Positions 25,359-37,570 of a stretch of 64,000 nt of DNA are shown in pieces; position 1 is the stretch's first letter, and every line of letters begins with the position of its first letter. The position numbers and the translations under genes were made by a program. Origin of the DNA: Torpedo marmorata (taxonomy: Eukaryota); NCBI GenBank assembly GCA_977017645.1, contig OZ360230.1, forward strand, positions 90,148,001-90,212,000, given 5' to 3'. Below the pieces are notes generated by a model that was not told the DNA's origin, ran no database searches, and was given only the letters and a program-made list of their open reading frames with translations.

Positions 25359-26779
25359 AAATACCGGTAGTTTGTTCAGAAAGGTCACAGTTTGGATTTC
25401 TGGTCAGTGCTGAGTGCTGAAATTCTCTGTAACAGCACACACGGAAATGATCTACAATGCTATCAAAGAGATATATTTTAGATCATAAAATAAGGTCAGG
25501 CTTGGGATTTTTTTTCCTCCAGGAGTTAATTATACAAAATAGTAACAACAGATATTAGCTTAAGGTCTTTGTTACCAAACAGAAATGTTTCTTTTTGTTG
25601 TGATCATCTCCACCCACTCACTTTCAGATGCTGTCTGTTCCCGGCATACCCTGTTTAAGATTTATATTTACAGCCTCTGAAGAATTTTATTTTTATTTTT
25701 AGCTGCATTGACAGACTCAGGACAACACGTCTTGGCATCATGAACAGAGTCATCACATTGATTTCCGACCAAATGTTTAATCACAGCCTTTGCCTCTTTC
25801 AAAATGAAATGCACTTAGAATAGGAAACACTGCCCATGAAGCAATTTTACAATGTAAACTTTGCTGCCTGGCAATCCTTGAACATGTTTGTGTTGTTTCT
25901 TGCAGGCAGCAATTAAAATCTTGTTTGATATTGGCAGATAGTCAATTTTAATTTTCTAGTTGGAAGGTCAGACCGTTTTTATCATGGAAGAGATTTCAAA
26001 ACCCGCAAGCATTTTGGCTCCCCTTTCAAGGACTTCATTTCAAGCAATGCTCTTAAATCACTTAAATACCATCAGAACTATGTATGTTCACTTGATCCAT
26101 CCCTAGTTAAGAAAAATGGCCAAACACTTTTCAACAGCGATACATCAGCACCAAATTGCATAAAGATATTTATATAAATGTGATTGCCAACCTCTGACCC
26201 TTTCTCATTCCGAGTACTCAGAAAATAGAGAAGCTTTTACAGCTGCTTGGTTTAGTTAGTAGGACTTGCATTTTGGAATCGCAGTCGGGAGATGTCAAGT
26301 CTCACTGCAGTACTCAGTATCTAATCATGGCTGATACCTCAGTGCGACTGCAGCATTTGTCAATGAGATCTTTAACCAAGGATTGTCAGTGTGTTAAAAT
26401 GGACATAAGAGTCTGCATCTGCTGAAACTCTGATCACTGACTATTTTGTAAATTCTTTCAGTCACGATGTGCATCACTGCAGGCCTTTGCTGAACTACCA
26501 ATGGTGTGCACCAAGGATCCCATGACTGTTGTTTGCCAATGACATCATTTCACCGCTCAGATAGGAGTGTCGATGAGTCGGTGGTCAAAAGGGTCAGTGG
26601 AGAGCTCAGAACCTCCTGCAGAAAAGAAGTCACTTTCCTCCCATTGACATTGGGCATCAGCCACAGCCTTATCATTGACGTACCTGCTGGCTGGCCTGCC
26701 CAACAAAATTCAACTATGCACAGCACGTGGGACAATGAAGTAAAAGACTGATTTGAGGCAGTTTTCCTGTTGAATACAT

Positions 26780-27096
26780 TGTAAAGTCATGCAGCAAGGA
26801 AACATGTCTGCACAGCCCACCCACTCACACTAATCCTACTTATCCCATTTTATACTCCTCATATTCCCTTGAACTCCTTCCAGATTTTACCACTCAACTA
26901 CACACTTGATGGTAATTTGCAGTGGCCAATTAACCTGTCAACCCACACATCTTTGGGATGTGGGAATAAACCAGAGCACATGGGGAGAACCATTCCCACC
27001 CCCGCAGTCACAGGGAGAACATGCGAACTTCACACCAGAGGCCAGGATTGAATCTGGGTCGCAGGAGCTGTGAGGCAGCAGCTCCACCAGTGCCAC
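26780..27096 (-). mobile_element. Older tRNA-SINE
   Basis: ccaattaacct...catctttgggatgtggg...ggattgaatctgggtc...gagctgtgaggcagcagc. Confidence 0.75.
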
Positions 27097-27897
27097 TGGA
27101 ACTTGGCTCCTTGTAATATTACAAAGTCATTCTTTAATTGTTAATGAGCTTGCATTCTCCTCAGGTCACCTGACCTCTCTTCCTCCAATCAGCTTCTAGC
27201 TGCTGCCCCGCCCCTTTCTTTTAAATTCTAACTGCTGCCGTTAGAATTTGGAATGTGTTGTATGAGCTAAGTAGTTTTTATTTCTCATTTTCAACTGTAA
27301 CTGTAACTATACAATTAAGTTGAGTAAAGCTTGGAAAGCAGTCACCAAGTCTTTTCATTCTCACAACACTCCTTCAGTGGGAAGCTGTAAAAAACAGTAA
27401 GTCGGTGGATACTGCACTCTGGATGTTGGAGACAAATTGCTGAATCACCAACAATGCCTTGTGAAAACCCCACAGGAGATGACTTGACCCTTCACAATTT
27501 GAGATATAACCAAGCACTTCTCACAGTGGTACATCAGCACCAGCTTTCATCTAAAACCATGGTTGGACAACTGCTGTTCCCCTCTCAGTGCAACAGAAAT
27601 ACAGAAGATTTCACGCCCTCCTAATGTCCCAGACTAAGCCTGAAACCACATTCCTCCGCAGGTTCTTAACAAATCTCTGACACTCAGGTGTGTGAGTGAT
27701 CTTGGATCTGCCCTCTCTGGTAGACACAGGTAATCTCCAGTGATTGGGCACGATTCAAAGACCAGGTGAAGGTTTTCCACATTCTATCCAATAGTGATCC
27801 CTCAAACAAGACCTACTACCCACTTTCTGATCATCACGTCAATACTATTTTCGCCTTATATTACAACAGTGGCAGCAATTAACAAGTCACATTGGGC

Positions 27898-27919
27898 GTA
27901 AAACACGAAAGTCTGCAGA
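27898..27919 (-). mobile_element. 22 bp Penelope 3'-terminus micro-insertion
   Basis: gtaaaacacgaaagtctgcaga between 10 bp TSDs cacattgggc (27888-27897, 27920-27929). Confidence 0.85.
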
Positions 27920-28239
27920 CACATTGGGCACCTGAAGTTGCGAAAAGTGGCTATTTCTTTCACACAAATGATAAAGTGCATTGTAAAATCAACTTTGTTG
28001 TGCCTTTTCAATGTGATTAAACTATTGCCAAGCACAGTGGAGGTTTTAGCACTAACCCCGCTCCGTTTGTTCATCACAGGCAAATATAAATAAGCTACTT
28101 GTTGATTTTTCCATACCTGTCATGACTCCCAACTGGATATTAAGATGGAGAAATCCCAAGTTTTCCAAGATAGACAAACCTTCCTTGGCCTCAAAATGTC
28201 TGTTCCTGGCAACACTGCAAGAATCCATCTACAATGGCA

Positions 28240-29603
28240 GTAAATGCAGTACACAAAGGTGCTGGAGAAACTCAGTAGTCGAAGGCAATAGATGCTTCAG
28301 GCTTGAGCCCTTCTTCAAGAATGCTGAAAATCAGGCAGATGTCTGAATAAAAAGGTGGGGGGAGGGGAAGAGGAGGAACTCAGGCTAACAGGCAAGAGGT
28401 AGCAGGTAGATACAGGTGGGAGGGTAGAAGAGAAAGAAGCTGACAAATCATGGTGGGAGAGGTCAGAGGGCGAAGAAAGATGGCTCTCTGATAGGAGAAA
28501 AGGGTGGGGAGCTGGAGGAAGGGAGACAGAGGGATGAGGGAAAGAGAGAGAACGGGGTGGGGGGGGCGGGGGGGAGACAATAACAGAAATTGGAGAAGAC
28601 AATGTTGGTGTCATCAGGTTGGAGACTGCCGAGATGGAATATAAAGCGTTGTTCCTCCAATTTGCGGGTGGCTTCAACTTAGCGGTACACAAGGCCATAG
28701 ACAGACATGTCAGTGTGGGAATGGTGTGTGGAGTTAAATTAACTGGCCACTGGGAGATCCCTGTTATTGCAGAGTGAAGGTGCTCATCGAAATGATCTCC
28801 TAGTCTGTGTCCAGTCTCCCTGATGCAGAGGAGGCCAGAATAGGCGCACTGGATGCAAACGATGACCACAGTGGATTCATATGTGTTGTTTCATTTGTAA
28901 GGACTAGGGTAGTGCAAGGGGTGATTATAGGATGGATGAGTGGATGAGGGCGTCGCGGAAGGGAGTGGTTCCTGTGAAAAGTGGAGAGGTGAAGGGGGGG
29001 GGAAAGATGTGTTTGGTAGTGGGATCCCTGTTTAAGTGGTTGGATATGGAGGCTGGTGGGGAGGTAGGTAAGGAGGAAGGGAATCCTGTCCTTGTTGTGA
29101 ATGGGGTGGGAAGGGGCCAGGGCAGATGTGCGGGAAATAGAGGAGATGTGGGTGAGGGCTGAGTGAATGGCAGTAGAGGGGAAGCCATGTTTTCAGTCCT
29201 GGAATGGAAAGCTTCATCCTGGGAGCAGATGTGGCAGAGACAGAAGAATTGAGAGAAAGGAATAGAATCCTTACAGGGGACAGGGTGGGAAGAGGTGTAG
29301 TCGAAGTAACTGTGGGAGTTAGTGGTTTTGTGAAAAATATCTGTGGATAGTTTGTCTCCCGAAATGGATACAGAGAGATCAAGAAAGGGGGGTGAGTTGC
29401 CAGAGAAGTACCAGTGAATTTGAGGTCAGAGTGTAAATTGGCAGCAAAGTGGATGAAGTTGACAAGGACATCATGGGTGCATGAGGCAGCACCAATTCAG
29501 TGGTCAATGTAACAGACAGATTTGAGGAGCCTTGCCTGTGTGGGGTTGCAGCATGCATTGCTCCACATATCCAACAAAAAGACAAGCATAGCTGGGAACC
29601 ATG
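28240..29603 (-). mobile_element. Decayed Penelope-like retroelement (RT C-terminal region, GIY-YIG endonuclease, pseudo-LTR)
   Basis: 15 bp TSD ccatctacaatggca (28225-28239, 29604-29618); broken frames give CIQC..SGLLCIRETGHRLGDHFDEHL (GIY-YIG), RDPTTKHIFP and EEQRFIFHLGSLQP. Confidence 0.9.
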
Positions 29604-31134
29604 CCATCTACAATGGCATTTCAGTCCAATGAGTTCTCCAACGTGATGAATGGGAGTCGTGTTACCTCAGGACCACAAAGCAGAGACTGTGGGCTGCTGG
29701 ACTACTGAAGCAAGAGAAGTCTGTCCCATTTTCCTTCATCAACTTGTGATACACTGTGGAAAAAGAACCTCGCATCCAATGTGCCAGCAATTACACAGGC
29801 TGTAAACTTGAGCAACTTTATTTCATAAAAAGAAAACTTGAAACTAAATAATAAAAGCAAAAATTAAAAGGTGAAGCACAGAAAAAGGAAGGCACTCAGG
29901 TTATCATCTGCACAGATCATTGAAACCTAATCCGATGAAAATAACCCACACTGCACTGTTTCTTTCTTACTAAGTGATAGTAAGACCCAAACTTAACGTG
30001 CACTCTGACATGCTGTGTGACTATGACTACAGCAGTTTGGCAATTCATTTTACAGCTTGCAAAATTTGATTCCCATTCAGAAAATAAAATTGGTGGTTGA
30101 GGGTGGGGGTGAGGGGATTGTGCAGAGCAGGCTAACAGTTTGTTGGTTGTGTCCAAATTCATTATGCTGCAAACCTGCATTATCACTAACTTTAGGCTGT
30201 TATACCTGACTTACCCGCAGCGTGCATATTCAAGTGTGCAGCTCTCACGGATGATCAGTAACAGTAACGCAGAATGCATGTCCACTGATTGTGGGCAAAT
30301 AACTATCTCGAAGCCACCGCGTTTCTTATTTCTGAAATACTGCACTTTGCACTGCCACACGAGTCGAACGCACCACAGAAATATCCTCAGTATGAACATA
30401 AAGCACTTTCCTCAATCTCTCATGCCCTTGAAATGACCGATTAAATTGAAGAGATGATTGTCTGAACTTGGACTCTCATTCTACCTGGGCACACCCTGGA
30501 AACTGGAGGCATTCTCCACTTCATGCTGGACTCGTGCACTGGAACCTCAGTTCTGCAGAGTGCAATTCTTCCCCCAAACTTCAACAGATGCAAATTGAAT
30601 AAACAAAATAAATTGCGGCCCACCAAAAAGTGACTTACATTTCTCAGAACACTCAAGCACAAGTTCCTGCTTTGGTTCCTTGGAATGCCTCTGCATAACA
30701 AGGTCCATTTTAAATTTATTTAGGGAAGTTCTTACTTGAAGTCTTTTGTACCAATCTCACAGCATGCCCTGCATATTTGCACAAAAGTTATTCAACTCAC
30801 CAAATAAATAAAAGCCCTTTTTGTTTTTCTTTTTCATTACATTTGTTGAATCCACTTAGTTTGTGATTTGAGATCAGTCAAGTAGATGTTTGCTAAAGTA
30901 ATTAAGCAGCCAATTAAATTCTGGCTTCACAGACAAAAAGCTCTGGTTTATGCAATGGAGTTGCAGTGTTTAACAAACTAAAACTGCCTTATTTGCAATG
31001 CTGTTGGAACTGATCAAACACTACAGGCAAGCTCTGTGTTTACTTTTCAGGGAGACATGTTTCCTTATTTGAAAAATAATGAAGGACATGCTCTAATCAG
31101 AGAGATAAGGCATCTCAGAAATAAGAAATTTGGC

Positions 31135-31737
31135 AGTCAAAGCATTTTACAGCACAGAAACAGGCCCTTTGGCCCAACTTCATGTCAACCAAGTTGTCTA
31201 TCCAAGCCAGTCCCACGTGTTTGTGTTTCACCCATATCATTCCGAACCTTACCTGCTCGTATACCTGTCTAAATGTCTTTCAAACATTGCAATTGAACTA
31301 GCCTCGACCACTTCCTCTGGCAGCTTGTTCCACATACCTAACACCCTCTTTTTTCGGCATGGTGAGCGAAGCGGTTAGCGCAACGCTGTTACAGCGCCAG
31401 TGACCGGGACCGGGGTTCGAATCCTGCGCTGTCTGTAAGGAGTTTGTACGTTCTCCCTGTGTCTGCGTGGGTTTCCTCCGGGTGCTCCGGTTTCCTCCCA
31501 CCGTTCATAACGTACTGGGGGCTGTACATCAATTGGGTGTAATTGGGCGGCATGGGCTCGTGGGCCAAAAGGGCCTGTTACTGTGCTGTATGTCTAAATT
31601 TATAAATTTATCATGTACCTTTAAAACCTTTGCCCTCTCACTTAAACCTATGCCCTCTAGTTTTAGAACCCTTACCCTGGGAAAAAGACTGACCATTTAC
31701 CTTATCGATGCCCCTCATGATTTATATACCTCTAACC
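31135..31737 (-). mobile_element. CR1/HER1 3' fragment, split by a SINE; continues at 32418-32640
   Basis: acagcacagaaacaggccc tail; cccctcatgatttatatacctcta continues after the MITE as ctctagaagatccctcc...aaagtcc. Confidence 0.8.
31355..31609 (+). mobile_element. tRNA-derived SINE (young family)
   Basis: B box ggttcgaatcc, V-type core, tail tgtctaaatttataaattta. Confidence 0.92.
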
Positions 31738-31787
31738 CAGTGGTTTTCAAACTTTTTCTTTCCACTCACATACCACCATAAGTAATC

Positions 31788-32671
31788 CCTCTGAACCATT
31801 GCCTACTGATTTGTGGTGAAGTAGCTTTGTCATTTTACAACTGATGTTGGTGAGGACACACTTGATATATTGTACGCAGGTCTGGTCATCCATCTATATA
31901 AAATATGTAATTAAGCTGAAAAGGGTGAAGAAAGATTCACATAAATGTTACCAGACTTGCGAGCTTGAATTATAAGTAGAGGCTGGATAGGATAGGACTT
32001 TTCTCCTTGAGTATGGGAGGCAAAGGAGGGATCTTCTAGAGCAGTGGTTTTCAAACTTTTTCTTTCCACTCACATACCACTTTAAGTAATCCCTATGCCA
32101 TAGGTGCTCTATGATTAGTAAGGGATTACTTAAGGTAGTATGTGAGTGGTAAAAAAAAGGTTGAGAACCACTGCTCTAGACCCAATTGTTACTGAAATAT
32201 TTTGCTTGAGAAAAATTGTCATTGGCCCATTTCCTTCGGAGTTATGAAACCGTGCACATAACGAGTCAATTAGGTACGATTAAAACAGTGGTTTTCAAAC
32301 TTTTTCTTCCCACTCACATACCACCTTAAGTAATCCCTTACTAATCATAGAGCACCTATGGCATAGGGATTACTTAAAGTGGTATGTGAGTGGAAAGAAA
32401 AAGTTTGAAAACCACTGCTCTAGAAGATCCCTCCTTTGCCTCCCATACTCAAGGAGAAAAGTCCTATCCTATCCAGCCTCTACTTATAATTCAAGCTCGC
32501 AAGTCTGGTAACATTTATGTGAATCTTTCTTCACCCTTTTCAGCTTAATTACATATTTTATATAGATGGATGACCAGACCTGCGTACAATATTCCAAGTG
32601 TGTCCTCACCAACATCAGTTGTAAAATGACAAAGCTACTTCACCACAAATCAGTAGGCAATGGTTCAGAGG
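31788..32671. repeat. 884 bp near-perfect palindrome (inverted duplication around a MITE)
   Basis: 31788-32041 is the reverse complement of 32418-32671 (254 bp, 2 mismatches seen); pairing extends ~93 bp further into the MITE ends. Confidence 0.95.
32042..32417. mobile_element. hAT (Charlie-like) composite MITE, 376 bp
   Basis: TIR cagtggttttcaaac; target-like flank ctctagaa; two ~132 bp palindromic units around a 112 bp spacer; orphan 53 bp end at 31738-31790. Confidence 0.9.
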
Positions 32672-32710
32672 CTGCATATGGGAAATGCATATTGCTGGTA
32701 AATGTGACAC

Positions 32711-33049
32711 TGTAGCGGTACCCGCTCTGGGCAAGCGAACTGGTGCCCGCAATGGCGGCCGCGCAAGTACACGTGGCAACAGCAGGGGCCGGCGCAAAGA
32801 TGGCACCAACCCCCCTACTTCTTCAACCAGGAGAAGAAGGACAGGAGACCCGGGAAAGTTCCCATTGTAATGTACAGCTCCCATTGTCATGTCGACGACA
32901 GTGATTAAGCGGCAATGGTCATGTAAACGACAGCAATTAAGCTCGCAGCCCTGCTTAAAAGCCAGGGCTGCGAGACGTGATTAAACAGTCTTGCTTGCAA
33001 CCCACCGACTGTGTGTTGTTCTTCAGAATTCTGTGTAGCTGACCCTACA
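32711..33049 (+). mobile_element. Solo LTR (Gypsy-like), 339 bp
   Basis: TGTAG...CTACA ends, 4 bp TSD acac, ttaaaa and attaaa signals. Confidence 0.88.
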
Positions 33050-33149
33050 ACACTACTTTGTGTCAATGCAAAATGATGTGCAAGAACATGCTTTGCTGGT
33101 GATAAATCAGGCTAGCTGGATAATGAATTTGGACATAATCAATGTGCAA

Positions 33150-33590
33150 CAACGGTCACCAAATTACAGGAAATGTATGATTGCATTGCAGAGTATAAAG
33201 AAGAGATTAACCAGAATAATGTCATCATTGGAAATATTGGTTTTAAGTGAAGAGAGTCGAGGCTGGGATTATTGTCTTTGGAACAGATTCCGCTGAAAGG
33301 AGATCTAATGGAGGTGTGTAAATTTATGAGAGGCCTTGATACAGAAAATAGGAAGCATCTATTTCCCTTGGCTGGGACAGGATTTAAAGTCATTGATAAA
33401 ATGATTAGAGGGGAGATAAAGAAAGATTTTTTTTCATCCATAATGTTGGGATCACTGCTGAAACTTTGGTTGGGGCAGGCAGGAGCTGTCATTATATTTG
33501 AACAGTACTTGATGTGTTTTTGAAAAGTCATGACCTGTAGAGGTGGGAACTAAGTGCAGGAAATGGGGTTAAGTTTGGAAGCTCTTTTTA
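33150..33590 (+). mobile_element. Old CR1 3' fragment
   Basis: SLEQ..LKGDLMEVCKFMRGLD..NRKHLFPL. Confidence 0.8.
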
Positions 33591-34014
33591 AAACCATAGA
33601 ACACTACAGCACATAAACAGGCCATTCGGCCCATGTTGTCCATGCCAAACTATTTATTCAGCCTAATCCCATTGACCTTCATCCAGACCACAGCCCTCCA
33701 AACCCCTCCCATCCATGTAGCTATCCAATCTTGTCTTCAATGTCAAAATCAAACCCGTATCAACACTCCACACTCTCACCACCTTCTGAGTGAAGAAGTT
33801 CCCACTTATATTTCCCTTAAACATTTCACGTTTCACCCTTAACCCCTGTCCTTTAGTTCTTGTCTCACCCAACTTCAGTGGAAAAAGCCTGTTTGCATTT
33901 ACCCTATCTATACCCCTCATAAATTTGTATACTGCTATCAAATCTCCACTCATTCTTCGATGCTCCAGGGAATAAAGTCCCAATCTAATCAATACAAACT
34001 TCTCCCTTAACTCA

Positions 34015-34386
34015 AGAGGTAAAACACGAAAGTCTGTAGACACCGTGGTTGAAGTAAAAACACAATGCTGGAGAAACTCACCAGGTCAAACAATGTCCTT
34101 TATATAGCAAAGATAAAGATACATACCAACGTTTCGGCCTAAAGGGCTCAAGCCAAAAACATCAGTTATGTATAGAACCATAGAACACTACAGCCATTCG
34201 GCCCTTCTAGTCTGTGCCAAAAACATCATACCGCTAGTCCCACTGACCTGCAGCCATTCCATAACCCTCCAGACCTCTCCCATCCATGTATCTATCCAGT
34301 TTATTTTTTAAAACTTAAGAGTGAGAGAGTATCTTTATCTTTGTTATATAAAGGACCTGCTGAGTTTCTCCAGCTTTGTGTTTTTA
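34015..34386. mobile_element. Palindromic Penelope pseudo-LTR insertion with a nested CR1 tail (~34172-34325)
   Basis: 15 bp TSD ttctcccttaactca (34000-34014, 34387-34401). Confidence 0.85.
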
Positions 34387-34627
34387 TTCTCCCTTAACTC
34401 AGCACTTCAAGACCCGGGAACATCCTTGTAAATTTTATCTGCACTCTTTCAATCTTATTGATATCTTTCCTGTAGGTAGGTGACCAAAACTGCACACAAT
34501 AATCCAAATTTGTGCTCACCAATGTCTTACATAATTTCAACAAAATATTCCAACTCCCGTACTACAAACTTTGAGTTATGAAGGCCAATGTTCCAAAAGC
34601 TCTCAATTCGACTCTATCTACCTGTAA

Positions 34628-34924
34628 AAGTAAACACGAAAATCTGTAGACACCGTGGTTAGAGTAAAAAACACAAATGCTGGAGAACTCAGCAGGTCAA
34701 ACAGTGTCTTTTATGTAGCAAAGGTAGAAATACATAACCGATGTTTCAGGCTTGAGCCCTTCTTCAAAGTATGAGAAAATGCCGGCAGACGTTCGGACGT
34801 CTGCCGGCATTTTCTCATACTTTGAAGAAGGGCTCAAGCCTGAAACGTCGGTTATGTATTTCTACCTTTGCTACATAAAAGACACTGTTTGAGCTGCTGA
34901 GTTCTCCAGCATTTGTGTTTTTTA
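34628..34924. mobile_element. Palindromic Penelope pseudo-LTR insertion with hammerhead-like cores
   Basis: 14 bp TSD ctatctacctgtaa (34614-34627, 34925-34938); ~130 bp near-perfect arms centred at ~34794. Confidence 0.92.
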
Positions 34925-35278
34925 CTATCTACCTGTAATGCCACTTGCCAGGAATCTTTTGTCCAGCACAATCTGTACTCTAAATTTGCTTGGATCTGAA
35001 AGCAACTGAAGAAATAAGAGGATGAGGAGGCCAAGAGACTGCTCCATCGTTTAATACCATTATAACTGACCCCTTACCTCAATGCCACATCCCCGCTTTC
35101 CAATGTTCTTGATGCCTTTTGTGTCGAGACATGCTGCTTTCCAGCAAGAAGCTGTAAAGAAGGACTCAATCTCTTCTGAGGGTCACTTCTGGGATTTTTC
35201 CCGACATGCACCTCAACTCACCTTTTCTATTTTATCCCAAGTCTCTTGTCAAACCACAACCAACATTGATTTTGAAAT

Positions 35279-35795
35279 TAAACACGAAAGTCTGCAGATG
35301 CTAGTGTTGAATGCAATGCACAAACATGCTGGAGAAACTCAGCAAGTCACACATCATCCATAGGAAGTTAAGGGTAACCAACATTTCGGGCCTGGGCACT
35401 TCATCAGGTATAAGCAAAGACAGGCAGGCCCCATAATAAAAAGGTGGGGGAGGGGAAGAGCACAGGCTAACAGGTAAGAAAGAGGACACAGCTGGATACA
35501 GGTGGGAGAGTAGAAGAGAAAATCTGAGAAGTGATAGGGGAGAGGGTTGAGTCACTCTCTAATAGGAGAAGGAAGGGTCCGGGGTGGGGAGCTGGAGGAA
35601 AGGATAGAGGGAGAGGGGAAGACAGAGGGTTAGTGGAGGGGTTTATGGAAATTGGAGGTTAATGTTAATGCCGTGTGGTTGAAGATTGCCAAGACAGAAT
35701 ACACGGTGTTGTTCCTCCAATTTGCGAGTGGCCGCTGTTTGGCAGAACATGAGGCCATGGACAGACATGTTGGTGTGGCAATGGTTTGAAATTGT
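35279..35795 (-). mobile_element. Penelope 3' fragment (GIY-YIG tail plus pseudo-LTR)
   Basis: Homologous to 28240-28750; minus strand has ctgatgaagtgcccaggcccgaaa. Confidence 0.85.
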
Positions 35796-35963
35796 GTTTG
35801 TCCTTTAAGGGTGAGTGGTTCCAAATTTCCACTAACATTTATGCAAGGAAAATCTTTTAAACCACCCATTGGAAATGTTAATATTCTGGACTCTATGATT
35901 GGAGGAGGTAGTTTTTATCTGTCAACCCTATCAATCACGCTAAACACCACTATTCAATCACCT

Positions 35964-36218
35964 CGGCAGCACGGTTGGCTTAGCGGTTAGCGCAATGCCA
36001 TTACTGCACCAGCAATCAGGACTGGGGTTCGAATCCCGCGCTGTCTGTAAGGAGCTTGTACGTACTCCCCGTGTCTGCGTGGGTTTTCCCCGGGGGCTCC
36101 AGTTTCCTCCCACCGTTCGAAACGTACCAGGGGTTGTAGGTTAATTGGGTATAATTGGGAGGCACGGGCTCATGGGCCAAAATGGCCTGTTACCGTGCTG
36201 TATGTCTAAATTTAAAAT
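35964..36218 (+). mobile_element. tRNA-derived SINE (young family)
   Basis: A and B boxes, V-type core, tgtctaaatttaaa tail. Confidence 0.92.
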
Positions 36219-37189
36219 GTAATCTTCCAGACTCAAGGGAACACAAAGCTAGTCTGTGCACCCTGCCTTCATAATTTAATATTTTGCTCCAGTACTCTAA
36301 TAGACCATGGAGGTCTCGGAAAGCAAACAGTGACAGCAGATCTGGCCAAACATGAATGCTGAGCACAGGAGGTGAAGTGTTAAGCTATCAAAAGCAGCAT
36401 TAGAGCTGGAATCTTTGAAAAGAAAGGAACCCATGATTTAAGATCTTGGTGATAACATGTCATTGTGTGTGAGATCTGCGGAGAAGGAGAACTGAAGCAC
36501 CCAAATCCTCTCATGAACCTAAGTATGCAAACATTAGCATATGAAGATCATGTATCCTTTTGACTCCAAGTTTCTTGAACTTGAGGTCGAAGCAAAAGGG
36601 AGGAGGTCACAGCTTGAAAATGTCTCTTGCTTTTCGAACAAATCACAGTATATATCATGTCTTTGTCTACCTGAAGCTAGGCAGAATTTTCTTTGCACAC
36701 CCAGCACAATAATCAGTGAAGAGCCTGCTCAGAGATAAGGATGAGCCTTTTAAAAATCTTGCCTGTCATTTTGGGCCTGATGTGTGCTCATAATTTATTG
36801 CCACATAAAAGCAAACTCATGCATACTTTACCAGCAGATAAACAGATGAGACTTCAGACCCATGGTGAATGGAAAGGCAGCGACAGTGAGAGTGTGGTTC
36901 ACAGCTCACGGTTAATGAGCTGGGTGACCTGAACAAGATTGAGTGAAGTCACAAAAGTTCATCGTCTGTGCGGTGAGGATGTGATTAAATTATTTGCTCA
37001 AACTTCACATTCTAGCAGAGGCAACATTCCTCGGGGTTCTTCAGCTGTCCACAGAAGGTGTGTGGAACCTCAGAACGTGGAGTTTTATATTATTTTCAAT
37101 GCCTCTTATGTATGCTGGAAAACATCTGCCTTAACACAGCAGTGGAATGTAAGACCACATTCTATGTTCAGGTGTCCTCAGCCTGGTGA

Positions 37190-37570
37190 ATGGGACTCAG
37201 TGAAAGAGCTCACATGAGTCAGAAAAATTGCAGATGTCAGTTCCAATAAAGAACCTGAGCATAAAATCTGTTCTTACATTCCTCCACTACTGTGTTAAAA
37301 GCACAGCAACACTGTCAGAGATGTCATCTTTTGAATGAGACATTAACCTGACCCATCCTCCCAATAATGAAAACCACATGGCACTACTACAAAGGAGAGC
37401 GGTAAATTACTACGGGATTCTGACCAACACTTATCCCCCAACTGGCAACATTTCAGGCAGATCATCTTGTAGGTATTTCATTTGTTTTTGGACCAAGCTG
37501 TGTGTAAACTGGTGATCGCTGCACTTCAAAAATCCTTCACCGGCTGTAAAACACTTTTGTTCATTTTGGA
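37190..37570 (+). mobile_element. Ancient Deu-domain SINE relic
   Basis: tgagtcagaa...gtcagagatgtcatcttttgaatgagacattaa...ctgaccaacacttatccc. Confidence 0.6.

Larger units (their letters stand above)
33593..34960 (-). mobile_element. CR1/HER1 LINE 3' portion carrying two nested Penelope insertions
   Basis: LGLYSLEHRRMSGDLIAVYKFMRGIDRVN..LFP; accatagaac tail. Confidence 0.9.

Noticed and set aside
31355-31430. tRNA gene (also at the other SINE heads)
   Set aside because: A/B boxes are present but continue into the SINE core and tail; no cloverleaf
32042-32417. CRISPR-like or recombination-signal array suggested by repeated cagtggttttcaaac
   Set aside because: The repeats are inverted TIRs with an 8 bp TSD in the second copy; eukaryotic context with no spacers or cas genes
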